DNA of 32,000 nucleotides. Origin: Christensenellaceae bacterium. Its GTDB lineage: Bacteria; Bacillota; Clostridia; Christensenellales; UBA1242. This document shows positions 9,345 through 18,598 of this stretch, in pieces. Numbering within the stretch: the first letter of the stretch is position 1; the number at the start of each line of letters is the position of its first letter. Location of the stretch: positions 629,109 to 661,108 of the forward strand of contig JAISKJ010000003.1 in NCBI GenBank assembly GCA_031260975.1, read 5' to 3'. The notes beneath the pieces were generated by a model. That model was not told the origin of the DNA. It saw only the letters and a list, made by a program, of their open reading frames with translations, and did no database searches. The translations under genes and the position numbers were made by a program.

Positions 9345-10622
9345 TTACGCGCTTGCAACTTCCTTTTCTTTTTTACGTTTTATTTCAGCATCACTTCCTT
9401 TGGTTTCAATAAAATCCTTATGAATTATTATGCTGTCAATAGTTTTGTCTTCAGGAGCGATATACATAAGTCCAAGCATACTCTCTTCAAGGATTGTTCT
9501 GAGTCCTCTGGCTCCTGTCTTAAGCTTAATTGCTTTTTTAGCAACAGCTCTCACAGCTTCCTCATCAAACACAAGATTGATTCCGTCCATATCAAACATT
9601 TTCTTATACTGCTTGGTTATGGCGTTTTTGGGCTCGGTCAAAATCTCTACCAAAGCATCTTCGTCAAGGTCATGTAGCCCTACAATAATCGGCAGCCTGC
9701 CCACAAATTCGGGTATAAGCCCAAATTTGGTGAGATCCTGCGGCTGAATATCTTTAATATAGTTATACTTATCTTTCTCACTCCTTCCCCTAAAACCGCT
9801 GCCAAAACCAAGAGTAGAATCACTTGTGCGTTTTTCAACAATCTTATCAAGCCCCATAAACGCTCCGCCGCAAACAAACAGCACATTGGTAGTGTCAATA
9901 GGTATCATCTCCTGATTGGGGTGCTTTCTTCCGCCCTGAGGAGGAACATTGGCTACAGTACTCTCAATAATCTTTAAAAGTGCTTGCTGCACACCCTCGC
10001 CGCTGACATCTCTCGTGATTGAACGGTTCTCACCGCTCCTTGCAATCTTGTCTATCTCATCAATATACACAATGCCGCGCTCGGCCTTGGATATATCATA
10101 GTTGGCGTTTTGAATAAGCTTTAGTAAAACATTCTCTACGTCCTCACCCACATAGCCTGCCTCGGTCAAAGTTGTTGCATCACTTGAAGCAAACGGAACC
10201 TTCAAAATCTTGGCAAGCGTTTTGGCTATAAGTGTCTTTCCGCAACCCGTGGGTCCAATCATAAGCACATTACTTTTTTCAAGCTCCAAATCATTTTTAT
10301 CAGCAACATTTTTTGTGTCAAATAAATAATTTATACGTTTATAATGATTATATACCGCAACACTCAAAACCTTCTTTGCTTCTTCCTGCCCAACGATAAA
10401 CTCGTCCAACGCCTTTTTTATCTGCGTGGGCTTAGGGAGTTCTATTTTGCCGGGATTTCCGCCGCCATGCTTGGTTTCTCTTACAATTTCCTTACAAATG
10501 CCCACACACTCGTCACAAATGTGTACGTCGCCGTTAGGGTTTGATATAAGTTTTTTTACCTGCGCTCCGGTTTTTCCGCAAAACGAACACTTCATGTCCT
10601 CGTTATTTTCTTTCTCGCTCAA
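9345..10622 (-). CDS. clpX: ATP-dependent Clp protease ATP-binding subunit ClpX
   Basis: N-terminal C4 zinc finger (CSFCGK...CDEC), Walker A GPTGCGKT and Walker [12 protein letters not shown] start at 10622, supported by AAGGAG 6 nt upstream. Confidence 0.95.
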   Translation of the reverse strand: MSEKENNEDMKCSFCGKTGAQVKKLISNPNGDVHICDECVGICKEIVRETKHGGGNPGKIELPKPTQIKKALDEFIVGQEEAKKVLSVAVYNHYKRINYLFDTKNVADKNDLELEKSNVLMIGPTGCGKTLIAKTLAKILKVPFASSDATTLTEAGYVGEDVENVLLKLIQNANYDISKAERGIVYIDEIDKIARSGENRSITRDVSGEGVQQALLKIIESTVANVPPQGGRKHPNQEMIPIDTTNVLFVCGGAFMGLDKIVEKRTSDSTLGFGSGFRGRSEKDKYNYIKDIQPQDLTKFGLIPEFVGRLPIIVGLHDLDEDALVEILTEPKNAITKQYKKMFDMDGINLVFDEEAVRAVAKKAIKLKTGARGLRTILEESMLGLMYIAPEDKTIDSIIIHKDFIETKGSDAEIKRKKEKEVASA

Positions 10623-10645
10623 ATTAAGCTCCTTCTTATTATTCT

Positions 10646-11236
10646 TTACTTTCTTTTATAAAATATGTCATCTACAATTCCATATTCCTTGGCTTCTTCG
10701 GCGCTCAGCCAAAAGTCGCGCTCACAATCTTTTTCAATCTTCTTAATCGGCTGACCCGTTCTTTCATGAATAAGCTCATAAAGCTTCTTCTTAAGCTTGG
10801 TTATCTTTTCGGCATAAATCGAAACGTCCGTCGCCTGCTGATATCCGCTGCCGCCGCCCTGCAAAGGCTGATGAAGCATAATCTCACTGTTGGGCAAAGC
10901 ATACCTTTTGCCTTTTGTGCCGCCAAGCAGAAGCCATGCTCCGGCCGAGCATGCACGCCCCACCACTATAGTGCTTACGTCACACTTAACATAATCCATG
11001 GTGTCAAGCATAGCAAACATAGCAGCAACATCTCCGCCCGGACTATTTATATAAAATGATATATCCTTATTTGGATTTTTAGCCTCAAGATACAAAAGCT
11101 GAGCAATAACAGTGTTTGCGGTCTGGTCATTAACTTCCCCTGTCAAAAATACTATTCTGTCCTCCAAAAGCCTTGAATAGATATCATAGCTTCTCTCACC
11201 TGTATTTGTCTGGTCCACTACCATAGGTACTAACAT
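10646..11236 (-). CDS. clpP: ATP-dependent Clp protease proteolytic subunit ClpP
   Basis: The N-terminus [18 protein letters not shown], catalytic Ser context [11 protein letters not shown] and His context MLHQP. AAGGAGG RBS. Confidence 0.95.
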   Translation of the reverse strand: MLVPMVVDQTNTGERSYDIYSRLLEDRIVFLTGEVNDQTANTVIAQLLYLEAKNPNKDISFYINSPGGDVAAMFAMLDTMDYVKCDVSTIVVGRACSAGAWLLLGGTKGKRYALPNSEIMLHQPLQGGGSGYQQATDVSIYAEKITKLKKKLYELIHERTGQPIKKIEKDCERDFWLSAEEAKEYGIVDDIFYKRK

Positions 11237-11331
11237 AATTTTTCCTCCTTGTTAATTATAACATAAATGTTGAAATTTAACTTCGTTCATAAACGTTTGT
11301 GCAAGCACAACAGTTGTCTCACTTCAGTTAA

Positions 11332-11342
11332 ATTATAGCATA
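11332..11342 (-). promoter_or_regulatory. candidate extended -10 promoter for clpP (TATGCTATAAT)
   Basis: The reverse complement of 11332-11342 is TATGCTATAAT (TRTG-n-TATAAT), about 95 nt upstream of the clpP ATG. No good -35. Confidence 0.35.
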
Positions 11343-11402
11343 CTTTGTCTGTCGTATTTTATATATTATTGTTGTTTTTTAAGAGTTTTACTATAAGCAT
11401 AT

Positions 11403-12680
11403 TTACAAATTATTATTACTTTTTAAAAGTTTTATTACCTTGCCCATCAAAACATTATTTTCAAAATAAGCAAGCTGTTCATCACTGATTGTTTTTTTGA
11501 TTTCGTCAATCTTTTTGGGATTATCCTTGTTAAATTCATTAAATTTGTCTTCAATGTCTTTATCAGTTACAGTAATTTTTTCTATCCTTATTATTTCTTC
11601 AAGCACAAGTCTCAGCTTAACCGTCTTTTTAGCGTCTTCCTTGCGGCTGTCTCTCAGCTGCTCAATACTAAGCCCTGTATAATCAAGATATCCCTGAAGA
11701 TTGAGACCCTGCATCTTTAGTCTATATTCAAAGTCGGCAATATAATCGTCAACCTGACGCTCCACCAAAATGTCGGGAACTTCAACCTTAGCACCCGCTG
11801 CCACTTTATCCAAAAGCTCAAACTCCTGTTTGTGCTCGGCCTCGTGCTTGGCGTGATCCTCTATTTTCTTTTTAAGGTCAGCTTCAAACTCTTTTAGAGT
11901 GCCAAACTCACTTATATCACTAATAAAGCTGTCATCAAGCGTAGGCAGAACCTTTTCTTTAACTTCCTTCAATGTCACCGCAAAAACCGCGGGCTTAGCC
12001 TTTAAAGTGTCAACCTGATAGTCTTTGGGGAAGTTTACCTTAATGTCTTTCTTGTCCCCCGGCTTCATGCCCACAATCTGGTCTTCAAAGGTGTCAATAA
12101 AACTGTGAGACCCGAGCTCCAGCTCATAATTTTCTGCCTGCCCACCTTCAAATTTCTTGCCGTCCACCGTGCCCACAAAGTTAATTGTGGCAAAGTCACC
12201 GAGTTTTGCAACCCTTGTTACCTTTTCAAATCTGGCTCTGTTCTGCCGCACCTTTTCAAGTTCATCTTTAACCATCTTATCGGTTATCTTAACCTCAGAC
12301 TTAGGCACAGTCAATCCCTTATATGCCCCGAGTATGACTTCAGGCTTGGTGTCGATGGCAGCGACAATAACAATTTTATTCTCACTCACCTCTGTTATAT
12401 TCAAATTTGGCGCATCAATAGGCTCCAGATTTTTTTCTTTTGAAAGTATCTCAAAATAGTACTTAAAAAAGCATCCGTCAAGCGCTGCGTCATAAAAAGT
12501 AGTTTCTCCGTAATACTTTTCAATAAGCTTCCTCGGTGCCTTGCCCTTAGAAAAGCCCTGAACCTCATATTTATTTTTAGTTTTTTTATAAGCCTCTTCA
12601 ATGGCATCAGTCCACTCTTTTCCTTCTAAAGTTATGGTGATTTCGGCCTGCTGTTTTTTTGTTTTTACTGTATACTTCAT
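11403..12680 (-). CDS. tig: trigger factor
   Basis: FKBP-type PPIase core (GDFATINFVGTVDGKKFEGGQAENYELELGSHSFIDTFEDQIVGMKPGD) and the tig-clpP-clpX synteny. I prefer the ATG at 12680 (MKYTVKTK...), which is preceded by AAGGAGAG, over the track start at 12707. Confidence 0.92.
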   Translation of the reverse strand: MKYTVKTKKQQAEITITLEGKEWTDAIEEAYKKTKNKYEVQGFSKGKAPRKLIEKYYGETTFYDAALDGCFFKYYFEILSKEKNLEPIDAPNLNITEVSENKIVIVAAIDTKPEVILGAYKGLTVPKSEVKITDKMVKDELEKVRQNRARFEKVTRVAKLGDFATINFVGTVDGKKFEGGQAENYELELGSHSFIDTFEDQIVGMKPGDKKDIKVNFPKDYQVDTLKAKPAVFAVTLKEVKEKVLPTLDDSFISDISEFGTLKEFEADLKKKIEDHAKHEAEHKQEFELLDKVAAGAKVEVPDILVERQVDDYIADFEYRLKMQGLNLQGYLDYTGLSIEQLRDSRKEDAKKTVKLRLVLEEIIRIEKITVTDKDIEDKFNEFNKDNPKKIDEIKKTISDEQLAYFENNVLMGKVIKLLKSNNNL

Positions 12681-12728
12681 TTTTCTCTCCTTAAATCTTA
12701 CCGTCACGGCAGTTTTGCCGTATTAATT

Positions 12729-12757
12729 ATTTTAGCACAAAAAACTCACATTTGTAA
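12729..12757 (-). promoter_or_regulatory. candidate tig promoter (TGTGCTAAAAT extended -10)
   Basis: The reverse complement of 12729-12739 is TGTGCTAAAAT. A weak -35, TTACAA, sits at 12752-12757 with a 17-nt spacer. Confidence 0.4.
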
Positions 12758-12769
12758 ACTAAATGTGAC
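12738..12769 (-). terminator. rho-independent terminator after the 132-aa membrane protein gene
   Basis: On the minus strand, TCACATTT, a 7-nt loop and AAATGTGA are followed by GTTTTTT. Confidence 0.6.
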
Positions 12770-12804
12770 GCCTTGCGCTACAAAAAGGAACACTCAGCCC
12801 CCTC

Positions 12805-13203
12805 TTAAACAAATAATCCCGCTATAAGCACTACCAAATAAACCGCAAACAATGCAGCAAGAATTCCAAACAGCACCACCGGTCCCATAGCATCCAGCTT
12901 TGACAGCTTACGCTTTTTTATCAGCTTTTTTTTATAAGGAATACTATACACATCCTCATCAAAATCTATTTTGGTGGCATCGAACACACCTTCGTTTTCG
13001 GGCTCGTAATCCTTGTTGGCTTCATATCTTTTGTGAAAAGCAAAACACAGCATAGCGCTTGCTACAATAAAAAACAGCACGCCCAAAATCAAAAATATAG
13101 GACCTAAAACTCCAAGGCATGCAAATATAATGCCCAAAACCACCAATACCAAAACGGATATATTAAATTTTGACTTAAAAAACTTTTTTATATTCTCTTT
13201 CAT
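12805..13203 (-). CDS. hypothetical membrane protein (N- and C-terminal TM helices)
   Basis: 132-aa ORF with a GAGGGGG RBS. Hydrophobic helices at both ends flank a charged middle. Confidence 0.65.
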   Translation of the reverse strand: MKENIKKFFKSKFNISVLVLVVLGIIFACLGVLGPIFLILGVLFFIVASAMLCFAFHKRYEANKDYEPENEGVFDATKIDFDEDVYSIPYKKKLIKKRKLSKLDAMGPVVLFGILAALFAVYLVVLIAGLFV

Positions 13204-13309
13204 TTTTGCCCCCTCTCAGCAGGATTTGACCATGTTTTTACTCTTTTTAAGGCTGTAATTCTATTGGTATTACATAACATTTCAATGAACGCTTACTCAA
13301 ACATATTCT

Positions 13310-13398
13310 GTGAAAGTGTATATGTGTGTCTATGAACGATTATTAAGACACCGCAGGTGTCGAAGCCCTATTTAAGAGATACACATTTACACTTTCAC
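13310..13398. repeat. long imperfect inverted repeat (22-nt arms) enclosing a small GC hairpin
   Basis: GTGAAAGTGTATATGTGTGTCT (13310-13331) pairs with AGATACACATTTACACTTTCAC (13378-13398) at 20 of 22 positions. The inner hairpin is GACACC-GCA-GGTGTC (13347-13361). Confidence 0.6.
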
Positions 13399-13418
13399 AC
13401 TTACATTATACTCATTTT

Positions 13419-13679
13419 TTAAAACAGCGGAATAATCCTGAACGCTATAATTATGGCAATTGCCATAAGATATAACAGCATCCAGATTATATTACGCTTG
13501 CTTCGGGCATACATAAACCCGCCCGCCGCAACAACAAGCATCATACTGATAAAGGCAATCCACTCGCACACCTGACCGGCATAAGTATCGCTGCCCACAA
13601 AATACATAATCATTATCGAAACAGCAGTGCAGAACAGCGCCACAAATGCAACAAAATGTATAAGTCTTTTCTGTCTCAT
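13419..13679 (-). CDS. small hypothetical membrane protein (3 predicted TM helices)
   Basis: 86-aa ORF with an AGGGAAGGA RBS. The sequence is strongly hydrophobic. Confidence 0.6.
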   Translation of the reverse strand: MRQKRLIHFVAFVALFCTAVSIMIMYFVGSDTYAGQVCEWIAFISMMLVVAAGGFMYARSKRNIIWMLLYLMAIAIIIAFRIIPLF

Positions 13680-13719
13680 ATTTTCCTTCCCTCTACCTTA
13701 TATTTTAACCCTATTTACC

Positions 13720-14643
13720 TTATAAATCAAGTGTTTTCTTAAGTTTATTAAGCACCTCTTCAAAATATTCGGGCAGGGGTGCAACAAAACTCATAGCCTT
13801 TTTTGTTGTAGGATGCACAAATTCCAGCTTATAAGCATGCAGCAACTGCCCCATAAGACCAAACTTGGTGTCTTTTGTACCATAAAGCATATCCCCCAAA
13901 ACAGGGTGCCCGATGTGAGCCGCGTGCACCCTTATCTGATGTGTACGTCCCGTTTTCAGTTCAAATTCCATATAAGTGAAACCCGCAAACCTCTCAAGCA
14001 CCTTATATCTTGTTATGGCAAGCCTGCCCTTTCCTTCGGGCACCACAAAAATCTTTTTGCGCTGGTCTGTGCCTCGGTTAAGATATGTTGTCACTTCGCC
14101 CTCATCTTTAATAATTTTACCTAAAACCACAGCCCTATAAAACCTCTTGCACACCTTTGTCTCAAGCTGGTGCGACAAGTTTAAGTGTGTCCTGTCGTTT
14201 TTGGCTATTACAATCAATCCCGAAGTATCTTTATCCAGCCTATGCACAATCCCAGGCCTTATTTCACCATTTACACCGCTCAGGTCCTTTATGTGATGCA
14301 AAAGTGCGTTTACCAAAGTGCCCTCATAGTGCCCGTCCGCAGGATGAACTACCATACCCTGCGGCTTATTGACAACAGCAAGGTCATCATCCTCAAAAAC
14401 AATGTCAAGCGCTATATCCTGAGGCACAATGTCAGTCACTTTATATTCTATTCTGGCACTTATCTTATCATCAGTTTTAATTTTATACCCCGCCTTAACT
14501 CCCGACCCATTAACCAAAACCTTGCCTGCATCAATTGCGTTTTTTATCTGACTGCGGGTAGTACCTTCAAGTTTTTCTAAAACAAAATTGTCAAGACGCT
14601 TATCTTTGTCACAGCTGACCGCCAAAATTTCAACTGCTTTCAT
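13720..14643 (-). CDS. rluD: RluA-family 23S rRNA pseudouridine synthase (RluD-like)
   Basis: N-terminal S4-like domain and catalytic motif HRLDKDTSGL. ATGA start/stop overlap with lspA (14640-14643). Confidence 0.9.
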   Translation of the reverse strand: MKAVEILAVSCDKDKRLDNFVLEKLEGTTRSQIKNAIDAGKVLVNGSGVKAGYKIKTDDKISARIEYKVTDIVPQDIALDIVFEDDDLAVVNKPQGMVVHPADGHYEGTLVNALLHHIKDLSGVNGEIRPGIVHRLDKDTSGLIVIAKNDRTHLNLSHQLETKVCKRFYRAVVLGKIIKDEGEVTTYLNRGTDQRKKIFVVPEGKGRLAITRYKVLERFAGFTYMEFELKTGRTHQIRVHAAHIGHPVLGDMLYGTKDTKFGLMGQLLHAYKLEFVHPTTKKAMSFVAPLPEYFEEVLNKLKKTLDL

Positions 14644-15224
14644 TTTTCGCCTCCGCCGGATGCCTTTTGAGTACCATTCTTAGTCTCGCCTTGGTTATGC
14701 CCATTATCCTGTGCTTTAGTTGCGCCTTCCTTTACTTCGCCGGCCCCAACACCAGCAATGGCCTCGCGACCCTTTGGTTTATATAAAAATAATAAATACA
14801 CCGCAATCAAAATACATCCGACTGTCAGACTGACATCGGCAAAATTGAATGTAGGAAAAGTCGGCCAGAACTCAAGAAACAAAAAATCACGCACTCCGCC
14901 AAGAGCAATTCTGTCAATCAGGTTTCCGATTGTTCCGCCCAGCAAAAAGCCTATCCCAAGCGAATATACCATATTCTTTTTAGTCTTAAACTTAACATCA
15001 AAAAATATGACTGCAGCAATAAAAACAAATGCCAGCAAACAGAACAGCCAAATATGCCCGCTTAAAAAGCTCCACGCCGCACCGGTGTTTAAAGGCGCAT
15101 ATCTGATGCCTATCAGATATGGCAAAAACGCCGAAGCCGTATCATACAAAAATATTTTGGTAAGCAAATCAATTAAAATTACTCCCGCCAAAACCGATAA
15201 AAAAATAATGTAATGCTTTTTCAT
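14640..15224 (-). CDS. lspA: lipoprotein signal peptidase II with a roughly 45-aa Gly/Lys/Glu-rich C-terminal tail
   Basis: Motifs GNLIDR and FNFAD and four TM helices. The classic lspA-rluD coupling is present. Confidence 0.9.
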   Translation of the reverse strand: MKKHYIIFLSVLAGVILIDLLTKIFLYDTASAFLPYLIGIRYAPLNTGAAWSFLSGHIWLFCLLAFVFIAAVIFFDVKFKTKKNMVYSLGIGFLLGGTIGNLIDRIALGGVRDFLFLEFWPTFPTFNFADVSLTVGCILIAVYLLFLYKPKGREAIAGVGAGEVKEGATKAQDNGHNQGETKNGTQKASGGGEK

Positions 15225-15531
15225 GTTTTTATTATAGCATGATAATATATATTTTCAAAGCAAACACAATAACAAAACGACAAAAGCTGCCACTTTGCTG
15301 TCACGACAATATCAAATTTGCTTTATAATTGCAATATAAATAAAACCTCTCTCAGCATAAAACCCCAACGCTTATAAACCGCCTTTTTTTCCTTCCCCAA
15401 TGATGTTGGTCGGCATATGTATATTACTGAACGCTTCTGCAGACCATGGCAGTAATGCACAAATTAAATTTCTTTACTGTCAGAAACCCCTGTGAAGTGA
15501 CACTTATAAGCCACAAAACAATAAATTTTTG

Positions 15532-15560
15532 TATACAAATTTGCTGTTTTGTGATAGAAT
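15532..15560 (+). promoter_or_regulatory. candidate sepF promoter (TGTGATAGAAT extended -10)
   Basis: TGTGATAGAAT at 15550-15560. A weak -35, TATACA, sits at 15532-15537 with a 17-nt spacer. It lies 33 nt upstream of the sepF ATG. Confidence 0.4.
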
Positions 15561-15592
15561 ATGTCAAAGTAACACAAATAGGAGAACATTCT

Positions 15593-16024
15593 ATGGGATT
15601 ATTTGATTTTATTATGAAAGGCGTAGGTTTTGAAGGCGAAGAAGCTCCTAAAAAATCAAAGCACAAAAAAGCAGCCGCAGAACCCACAAGCCTTGACAAA
15701 TACCAAAACTTTGACAGCGGCCTCGGCAGCACTTTTTCTGCCACTCCGCTTGATGATATGCCCAACATAACAAACATGCCGGGCGGAAAAAACATGGTGA
15801 TTTATGCCCCTAAAAACAACAAAGACATTCAGCTTTTGGTCGACTTTATGAGACGCCACGAGGCCTGTATTATAAATCTCGGCCTGCTTTCTCCACAAGA
15901 AGCAAGCCGCATCCTCGACTTTCTGGCCGGAGCTGCTTACGCCCTTCGCGGTAGCCTAAAAAGACTTCAGGGCGACCTATTCCTGCTCACCCCCGAAGGC
16001 GTAAATATAATGACACAGAAATGA
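15593..16024 (+). CDS. sepF: cell division protein SepF
   Basis: Internal ATG at 15593 with an AGGAGA RBS. The product MGLFDFIMKGVGFEG... has the N-terminal amphipathic helix. The conserved C-terminal domain reads VIYAPKNNKDIQLLVDFMRRHEACIINL...LDFLAGAAYALRGSLKRL. Confidence 0.85.
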   Translation: MGLFDFIMKGVGFEGEEAPKKSKHKKAAAEPTSLDKYQNFDSGLGSTFSATPLDDMPNITNMPGGKNMVIYAPKNNKDIQLLVDFMRRHEACIINLGLLSPQEASRILDFLAGAAYALRGSLKRLQGDLFLLTPEGVNIMTQK

Positions 16025-16026
16025 TA

Positions 16027-16057
16027 AAAAACTGTCGGTAAATCCGACAGTTTTTTT
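16027..16057. terminator. rho-independent terminator (bidirectional context)
   Basis: ACTGTCGG (16031-16038), loop TAAAT, CCGACAGT (16044-16051) and a T-run to 16057, with an A-run upstream. Confidence 0.8.
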
Positions 16058-16150
16058 GTCATTGTGAGGAGTGCACAGGCACGACACGGCAATCTCAAAG
16101 TAACATTTCTAAATATGAGATTGCTTCGTCACTTCGTTTCTCGCAATGAC
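16058..16150. repeat. intergenic palindromic element with matching termini and a divergent centre
   Basis: GTCATTGTGAG (16058-16068) pairs with CTCGCAATGAC (16140-16150), including one G:U pair. GCAATCTCA (16089-16097) pairs with TGAGATTGC (16116-16124). The middles of the arms do not pair. Confidence 0.5.
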
Positions 16151-16165
16151 ATAAAAAGCACTGTT

Positions 16166-16861
16166 TTATACCCTTATAATCTCCGCATCATAATCAATAA
16201 ATAACCCGCTTTCAATGACACCTGTAATACACTTTATTTGTTTTTCAAGAGTTTTGTCAATCTTGTCAAACTTTGCGTCAACTATAAGGTTTCCGTTTTC
16301 CGTTATCATAGGGCCATCTTTTGATTTGCCCGCAAGACGCAAAGATACACTCTTTGCCCCAAGCATAAGCAATTTTTCTTTCACGCTCATTAAACTTTGC
16401 GGCACACATTCAACAGGAACAGCAAATTTTGTGCCGAGAGTTTTTACAAGCTTAGAACTGTCAACAACAATAAACCTTTTTGAAGCGTTTATCATAACCA
16501 GCTTTTCATTAAACATAGCACCGCCGCGGCCTTTAATAAGCCAACCATTGGGGTCTACTTCATCAGCACCGTCAAAACACCATTTGGGCTTTTGGGCATT
16601 TATATTAGAAGTAGGAATATTAAGCGCCTCACACAAATGCAAAATCTCAAATGAAGTAGGAATAGCGGTAATTTTAAGTCCCCCCGCCACCCGCTTACCA
16701 AGCTCCAAAACCGCCAAATAACATGTCGAACCCGAGCCGAAACCGATTACTTCGCCGTCTTGAGCCAAGCCGGCAATCTTTTTGGCTGCAGCAAGCTTAC
16801 TGTCATAATTTGAAATTTCCTGCGGCCATTCAGTTTCAAACAAATCCTTTTTCCAATCCAT
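16166..16861 (-). CDS. rpiA: ribose-5-phosphate isomerase A
   Basis: Motifs GFGSGST, DGADEVD and KGRGGA. AGAGG RBS. Confidence 0.9.
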   Translation of the reverse strand: MDWKKDLFETEWPQEISNYDSKLAAAKKIAGLAQDGEVIGFGSGSTCYLAVLELGKRVAGGLKITAIPTSFEILHLCEALNIPTSNINAQKPKWCFDGADEVDPNGWLIKGRGGAMFNEKLVMINASKRFIVVDSSKLVKTLGTKFAVPVECVPQSLMSVKEKLLMLGAKSVSLRLAGKSKDGPMITENGNLIVDAKFDKIDKTLEKQIKCITGVIESGLFIDYDAEIIRV

Positions 16862-16911
16862 ATCAAACCTCTATACGACGTATTATACCAAACTCCCGGA
16901 GTTTTTACAAA

Positions 16912-16950
16912 CAAATTAAAAGAAAACTAAACCTTAGTTCAGTTTTCTTA
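16912..16950 (-). terminator. candidate terminator at the end of the AAA+/VWA operon
   Basis: On the minus strand, AAGAAAACTGAA, a loop and TTTAGTTTTCTT form an AT-rich stem with one bulge, followed by TTTAATTT. Confidence 0.4.
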
Positions 16951-17000
16951 ATCAAACTCATATTTGTTTGTGCAACTATTTTAAATTTCGACAAGTGAAA

Positions 17001-18587
17001 TTACATTTCCCTTCCCATATCTTGTTGCGGAACGGTTTCAAACTTCATTTTTTCAAGCTCTTCATTGCTTAGCTCAATAACCTTGCCGCCAATGGGCGAA
17101 AAATTAGCCTGACCGCCAAACACCAGCCACATAACACCGTCTGCTTTGGTTTTTTGTTTATGGCTTGACCTGCCGTCCAGCTGCCCGTCAGTAAACACTA
17201 TCTTATTTGTGCGGCACTTTGGGTTTGGAGTAAATGCCGTGGCTGCTGCTTCAAAGTTGGTGCCGTCATCATCCCTTGTTGCACGAAATTCCTCAACCTG
17301 CTTTTTTGAGGTTAATTCCTGAAATCCGTGAAAATTTCCGCCGAAACACCCCACTTTTATGTCAGTTTCCTTAAACATAGGCACAAGCTGCAACAAAAAG
17401 CCGCGCAGCAATGTGTCACTGATGCTGCCGCTGGTGTCAAGCACTACCTCAGTTGTTGCTCTTCCTTCAACTTCAACATCGTCTACACGCACATTCGGAT
17501 TATACTTTGACGAACGCCTGTAGACCCATCGCTCTTCCTGCTCTTCAACAGCCTTTACCAAAAGCCGCTTCCATGAAAGCACGGGCTTCACATATTTGGG
17601 GTCTTTTATTCCGGCGGTTTCAAAAATGCCGGCAAACGCTGCCTTTGTTCTGACTTTTGTTTCTTCATCGCGCTGAATTTCATTTCGCTCAAACTCGCGG
17701 GCTTCGTCAACAGGCCTAGTTATTTCCTTCTTTTCCTGACGCTGCTCAGATTTACTCTCGTCCAGATTTTTTTCATTGGGCTTTCTGTTTTTCATTATTC
17801 TGTTAAGCAGGTCTTTTATGCCCTCGGCTTTCCCGCTGTCCTTCTGCTCTTTTTCAGGCTCATTCCAAATATCATGGTCGTCAAAGCCCTCATAATTTTC
17901 AAGGTCTATATCATCAAGTCCGCCGCCGATTTTTTCATCGTCTTGTTCAGACTTTTCCGGCTGACCTTCTTGCTTATCCTGATTTTGCGGTTGACTTTTG
18001 TCCTGCGGCTGATTTTGCTGTTGATTTTGAGTTTTTTGGTCCTGCCCTTGCTCGCCGGTTTGTGGACTGCCCTCTTTGTTTTGCTGACACTGTTTTTCTT
18101 CCTGCTGTTTTTGTTGCTTTTTTACAAGCTTGTCATAAATCGCTTCGGCGTTTCGATATAACCCGTCAGCAATATCCACATGTCCGCTCATAAGCGGCTT
18201 GCCATCGTCGCCCATCACAGGATTACCATTTCTGTCAAGCACAGGTTTGGGCTTGGGAGGTTCCAATCCGTCTCTTTTTAAAAAGGCGTTAATGCAGGCA
18301 TCGGTCGCTATATTCCAAAGCTTCTGATGCTCCTTATCATTGCCTCGCTGAACATGGTTAAAAGCGATATGACATATCTCATGAGCAAAAACGAAGTCCT
18401 TTTCGTCATCCGAAAGCTCAGCAAAAAAATCTGGATTATAAACTATCTCCTTGCCGTTTGTGCCTGCGGTTTTAATGTCCTTGCTTGCAATGACATTAAC
18501 ATCAAAAATTTTAGCACCAAACGAGGGATATTTCTCCAGCACCCTTTCTTTTATCTCTTCAATTTCATTTCTTTGTTTTGTCGGCAC
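17001..18587 (-). CDS. DUF2201-type protein: N-terminal HExxH metallopeptidase-like domain, Gln/Glu/Lys-rich linker, C-terminal VWA-like domain
   Basis: GTG start at 18587 with a GAGG RBS. HEICHIAFNH...LWNIATDACIN matches the metallopeptidase-like motif pattern. The linker reads QQKQQEEKQCQQNKEG...QNQQQNQPQDKSQPQNQDKQ. The C-terminal MIDAS-like VVLDTSGSIS...GTNFEAA...FTDGQ is VWA-like. Confidence 0.8.
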   Translation of the reverse strand: MPTKQRNEIEEIKERVLEKYPSFGAKIFDVNVIASKDIKTAGTNGKEIVYNPDFFAELSDDEKDFVFAHEICHIAFNHVQRGNDKEHQKLWNIATDACINAFLKRDGLEPPKPKPVLDRNGNPVMGDDGKPLMSGHVDIADGLYRNAEAIYDKLVKKQQKQQEEKQCQQNKEGSPQTGEQGQDQKTQNQQQNQPQDKSQPQNQDKQEGQPEKSEQDDEKIGGGLDDIDLENYEGFDDHDIWNEPEKEQKDSGKAEGIKDLLNRIMKNRKPNEKNLDESKSEQRQEKKEITRPVDEAREFERNEIQRDEETKVRTKAAFAGIFETAGIKDPKYVKPVLSWKRLLVKAVEEQEERWVYRRSSKYNPNVRVDDVEVEGRATTEVVLDTSGSISDTLLRGFLLQLVPMFKETDIKVGCFGGNFHGFQELTSKKQVEEFRATRDDDGTNFEAAATAFTPNPKCRTNKIVFTDGQLDGRSSHKQKTKADGVMWLVFGGQANFSPIGGKVIELSNEELEKMKFETVPQQDMGREM

Positions 18588-18598
18588 TTTTTACCTCA

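Noticed and set aside
9149-9412. An 87-aa ORF in the clpX-engB spacer.
   Set aside because: It is built from the stacked hairpins of the structured element and the clpX terminator region. It has no RBS and runs into the 3' end of clpX on the opposite strand.
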